A stretch of 62,895 nucleotides of DNA, counting the filler. It is 5 parts of 5 records of this genome, joined end to end, with 100 filler letters (N's around TTAATTAATTAA, not from the genome) between each part and the next. Parts side by side here need not be neighbours in the genome. Positions count along the whole stretch, not along the records: positions 52,705 to 62,895 come from SRR7504441_2049; 4 more parts are not named here. One strand, written 5' to 3'. The notes under the pieces were generated by a model that was not told the origin of the DNA, searched no databases, and was given only the letters and a program-made list of their open reading frames with translations. Below are positions 60,333 to 62,895 of this stretch, in pieces. How positions within the stretch are numbered: position 1 is the first letter of the stretch; every line of letters begins with the position of its first letter. Made by a program: the position numbers and the translations under genes.

Positions 60333-62429
60333 ATGGCGGCACGTGGGTGCGCGCTCGTGGTCTCGCTGGCAGCGCTCGGGTTGATGGCGGCCCTGATCGT
60401 GCTCGCCTTTAACCAGCCGCTCTCCGGGCCCGACCAGCCGGCGGACCGGTCAGCGCTTCGGATTCTCGGCGCGCCACCGCTGGAATCCATCGATCCCACG
60501 TCCTCCAGGGTCAGCTCGTCCGGCGAGGGCGCTGCACCTGGGAAAGCGAGCGCGCCCACCGTCGTGGATTACGTGATCGTCGGCTCGGGAGCGGGTGCCG
60601 CCGGTGTCCTTCTGGGACTGCTGGACAGGGCCGAGCCGACGGACTCCATCCTGCTGCTGGAGCGCGGGACGGACCAGGCCGATTACGATGCCACTGGGCT
60701 GGGCACTTTCCCGTTCAAGCCGGGGCAGGCGGACCGGGCGATTGCCCGAAAGCAGGCAGTGTCCCTGCGCCAGCTGGCGGCCGAACGAGTACAAGTGATC
60801 GAGGGGAATACCGTGGGGGGGGCCACCGCGAGCAACACGGGTTGCTGGCACCACCAGCCTGAGCAGCACATGCAGGCGCACCCTCCGAATAACGACGCCC
60901 GATTCAACATCAGCGACTGGAGACACAGCACTCGTCGCGCGTCAGAGATCCTCTTCATGGGGCACGTCAAGCAGGGAGGGCTCGCGATGCCTGATTACAT
61001 GACACGCGCTGGTTCCATTCTTGCCGGCGAGGAGGAGACGCCTGCCAAAAAGGCGGCAACCTATGCCGAGGAGGGGCTCCGGCTTCTGCTTCCCTGGGCT
61101 ATCAACGACAATTCTTCAGTGGGATTCACGGACCAATCGCAATACAAGTACCGAGACAAGCTTCCGCTCAGTCATTTCCTGTACACAAGTGATACTGGAG
61201 CTAACATGGCTGTTGCGACACCCATGCATCGACTGATGAAGGCGTACGGCATGCAAGTCGACCAAAACTATGGGAGTCGTCGCGTGCGGACCAAAGCAGA
61301 AGTGGACCGAGTTTTGATTAACGGAGGGAAAGCTGACGGGGTTGTGCTTACTACTGGAGAGTCCATCTACGCCAGGAAGCATGTCTTTCTGTGTGCTGGT
61401 GCCTTCAGCTCGCCAATGATTCTGGCGCGCTCAGGGATAGCCCCTGGCACCTGGCAAAACAGCAGCAAGCCTCCAGCTGTCCAGCATCTTCTAAGGTTTG
61501 ACTCCATCGGTACTTTGTGGGAAACGCCTGGTATAGGCCTTGAACTCAGCGTTCCCCTCAAGCGGCCCAAGGGAGAGACCATGCCGCTTGCCGTATTCTA
61601 CGCTCACGAATCCAAAGACTTGAACGTGGTAAGTTTGGTTTGTGGGGGTAAGGTCTATGGAGGGAGCATGACCGAATCTGCTTCCATCAATGCCAACATG
61701 GTCAGCATCGGCCAGACCGGCACACTCGATCAGATCGCGGTGTTTGCACAGAGCGACAGACAAAGACAGGTTGAGTTTCAAGAAAGATACAATTTCTCGA
61801 TACCTGGTGGAATGGATGGATATGATCCAGCACAGTTTGGTCCCGTCAAAGGCGTATTCGGCTTTACGCAACCCCGTCCAGATGTCACTGAGTATCAAGC
61901 TGGTCGAATGGCCCCACGGAGGCACGGTGTGTTTGATGTCAACGACCTGGATGTGAATTTCAACTGGCAGAGTGTGGACATCATTAAGACAGCGCATGCA
62001 TTGGCAGACTACATGATGAAGACCCTATTGCCAGCAGTGGCCAAGGCTAATCTCACCTTCTCTTCCGTGAAGGAGATAGTCGAATATGGCGTTGAACACA
62101 ACGACACCGACTACTTGTACTATACCATTGAGCAACGCGGGGGGAAAGCGACAGTACGACTCGCCGATGGCACACACGTTGTGGTTGGAGCTGATTATTC
62201 TTCACCCAAGGAGTACCTCAAGGAGGTGCGTCACACATCTGGATGGCACTACGTCGGTAGCACTGCTTCGGCGCATGACCCAGAAACGATGGAGATTGTC
62301 CCTAGGCTCACGGTCGCGGATGCATCTTCCTACACAGCTCCAACGCACAGTAATAGCATGGCGAGTACAGTGGCAATAGGGCATTACGCGGCGAGTCGCA
62401 TTGTATCGTCCAAGTCCAAACTCAATTAA
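60333..62429 (+). CDS. GMC-family FAD oxidoreductase with N-terminal signal/anchor; intronless
   Basis: DYVIVGSGAGA, LLLERG, GNTVGGATASN, VFLCAGAFSSPMILARSGI, WHYVGS, VADAS, NSMAST. Confidence 0.85.
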   Translation: MAARGCALVVSLAALGLMAALIVLAFNQPLSGPDQPADRSALRILGAPPLESIDPTSSRVSSSGEGAAPGKASAPTVVDYVIVGSGAGAAGVLLGLLDRAEPTDSILLLERGTDQADYDATGLGTFPFKPGQADRAIARKQAVSLRQLAAERVQVIEGNTVGGATASNTGCWHHQPEQHMQAHPPNNDARFNISDWRHSTRRASEILFMGHVKQGGLAMPDYMTRAGSILAGEEETPAKKAATYAEEGLRLLLPWAINDNSSVGFTDQSQYKYRDKLPLSHFLYTSDTGANMAVATPMHRLMKAYGMQVDQNYGSRRVRTKAEVDRVLINGGKADGVVLTTGESIYARKHVFLCAGAFSSPMILARSGIAPGTWQNSSKPPAVQHLLRFDSIGTLWETPGIGLELSVPLKRPKGETMPLAVFYAHESKDLNVVSLVCGGKVYGGSMTESASINANMVSIGQTGTLDQIAVFAQSDRQRQVEFQERYNFSIPGGMDGYDPAQFGPVKGVFGFTQPRPDVTEYQAGRMAPRRHGVFDVNDLDVNFNWQSVDIIKTAHALADYMMKTLLPAVAKANLTFSSVKEIVEYGVEHNDTDYLYYTIEQRGGKATVRLADGTHVVVGADYSSPKEYLKEVRHTSGWHYVGSTASAHDPETMEIVPRLTVADASSYTAPTHSNSMASTVAIGHYAASRIVSSKSKLN

Positions 62430-62576
62430 AACTCGGATTGCGAAGCAAACTCGTGCGTACTCGTGCGATCGAGATTAAGAAAGTAATTAAGATGTTCTAA
62501 AGTGCTAGCTATGGCTAAGAATTAGATGCTAGATCCCGGATATTATCCCGGATACGAGTGTAGAGATATATAGTTG

Positions 62577-62895
62577 ATGGCGGGACCGACGGCGGAGCAG
62601 TCCCGGGTGCTGCGCCGGGACTTTGCGCGGTTCGATCCTGAAGCGACTGGCTTCATCCAGGACGCCCAGCTCGACGTGTTGCTGGCCGCTCAGCTCGGCC
62701 GGCCGCCCGTCCGCACCGAAGTACACGAGTACAGTACACCCACTGGTCGTCGCCGCGCGCGCGCAGCCGGTCCAGCGAGATGGGGTTGATCAGATCTTCC
62801 TCGAAATGCGGCCCCACAGTGCTGTCCGGGCCGTCGGGCGAGCCGCTCGCCTGGTCGGTCATGTTCTGCCTAACCAAGCAGTTGCAAGGTCCATC
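62577..62895 (+). CDS. EF-hand-like protein, 5' part
   Basis: LRRDFARFDPEATGFIQDAQLDVLL resembles an EF-hand; runs off the window. Confidence 0.4.

Overview
Eukaryotic (protist) nuclear DNA, not prokaryotic. Five contigs are joined by artificial N-TTAATTAATTAA-N linkers (17093-17192, 29069-29168, 42634-42733, 52605-52704). The genome is very gene-dense and uses the standard code. Housekeeping genes are broken by many tiny spliceosomal introns (mostly 37-58 nt, GT-AG plus several GC-AG), so the ORF track shows only fragments; gene models below were spliced by hand. Recognisable genes: PP1 catalytic subunit, RAD54, BAP31, two sulfatases, an EXD2-like exonuclease, a GH127-like hydrolase fused to a beta-propeller, DCTN3, TPR/Mlp1, mitochondrial TypA/BipA, an ankyrin-HECT E3 ligase, an isochorismatase-like protein, a cyclophilin, a caspase-like C14 peptidase, PGK, an ABCA transporter, a VOC/glyoxalase, mitochondrial FtsZ and a GMC oxidoreductase. 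The most striking object is a gene of about 25 introns at 43045-48139, visible only after splicing. It appears to fuse a giant-virus-type poly(A) polymerase-like nucleotidyltransferase, a 6-TM adenylyl-cyclase-like membrane cassette, one intact and one degenerate ERI1-type 3'-5' exonuclease. Other candidates for novelty: an HMG-box + chromodomain + SnoaL/NTF2 protein, a secreted fibre-like protein with 11 novel repeats, a tail-anchored PGK, an inverted paralogous fragment inside a secreted-protein gene, and a telomeric insertion with flanking duplication inside an intron. No database searches could be run, so family calls rest on recognised motifs.
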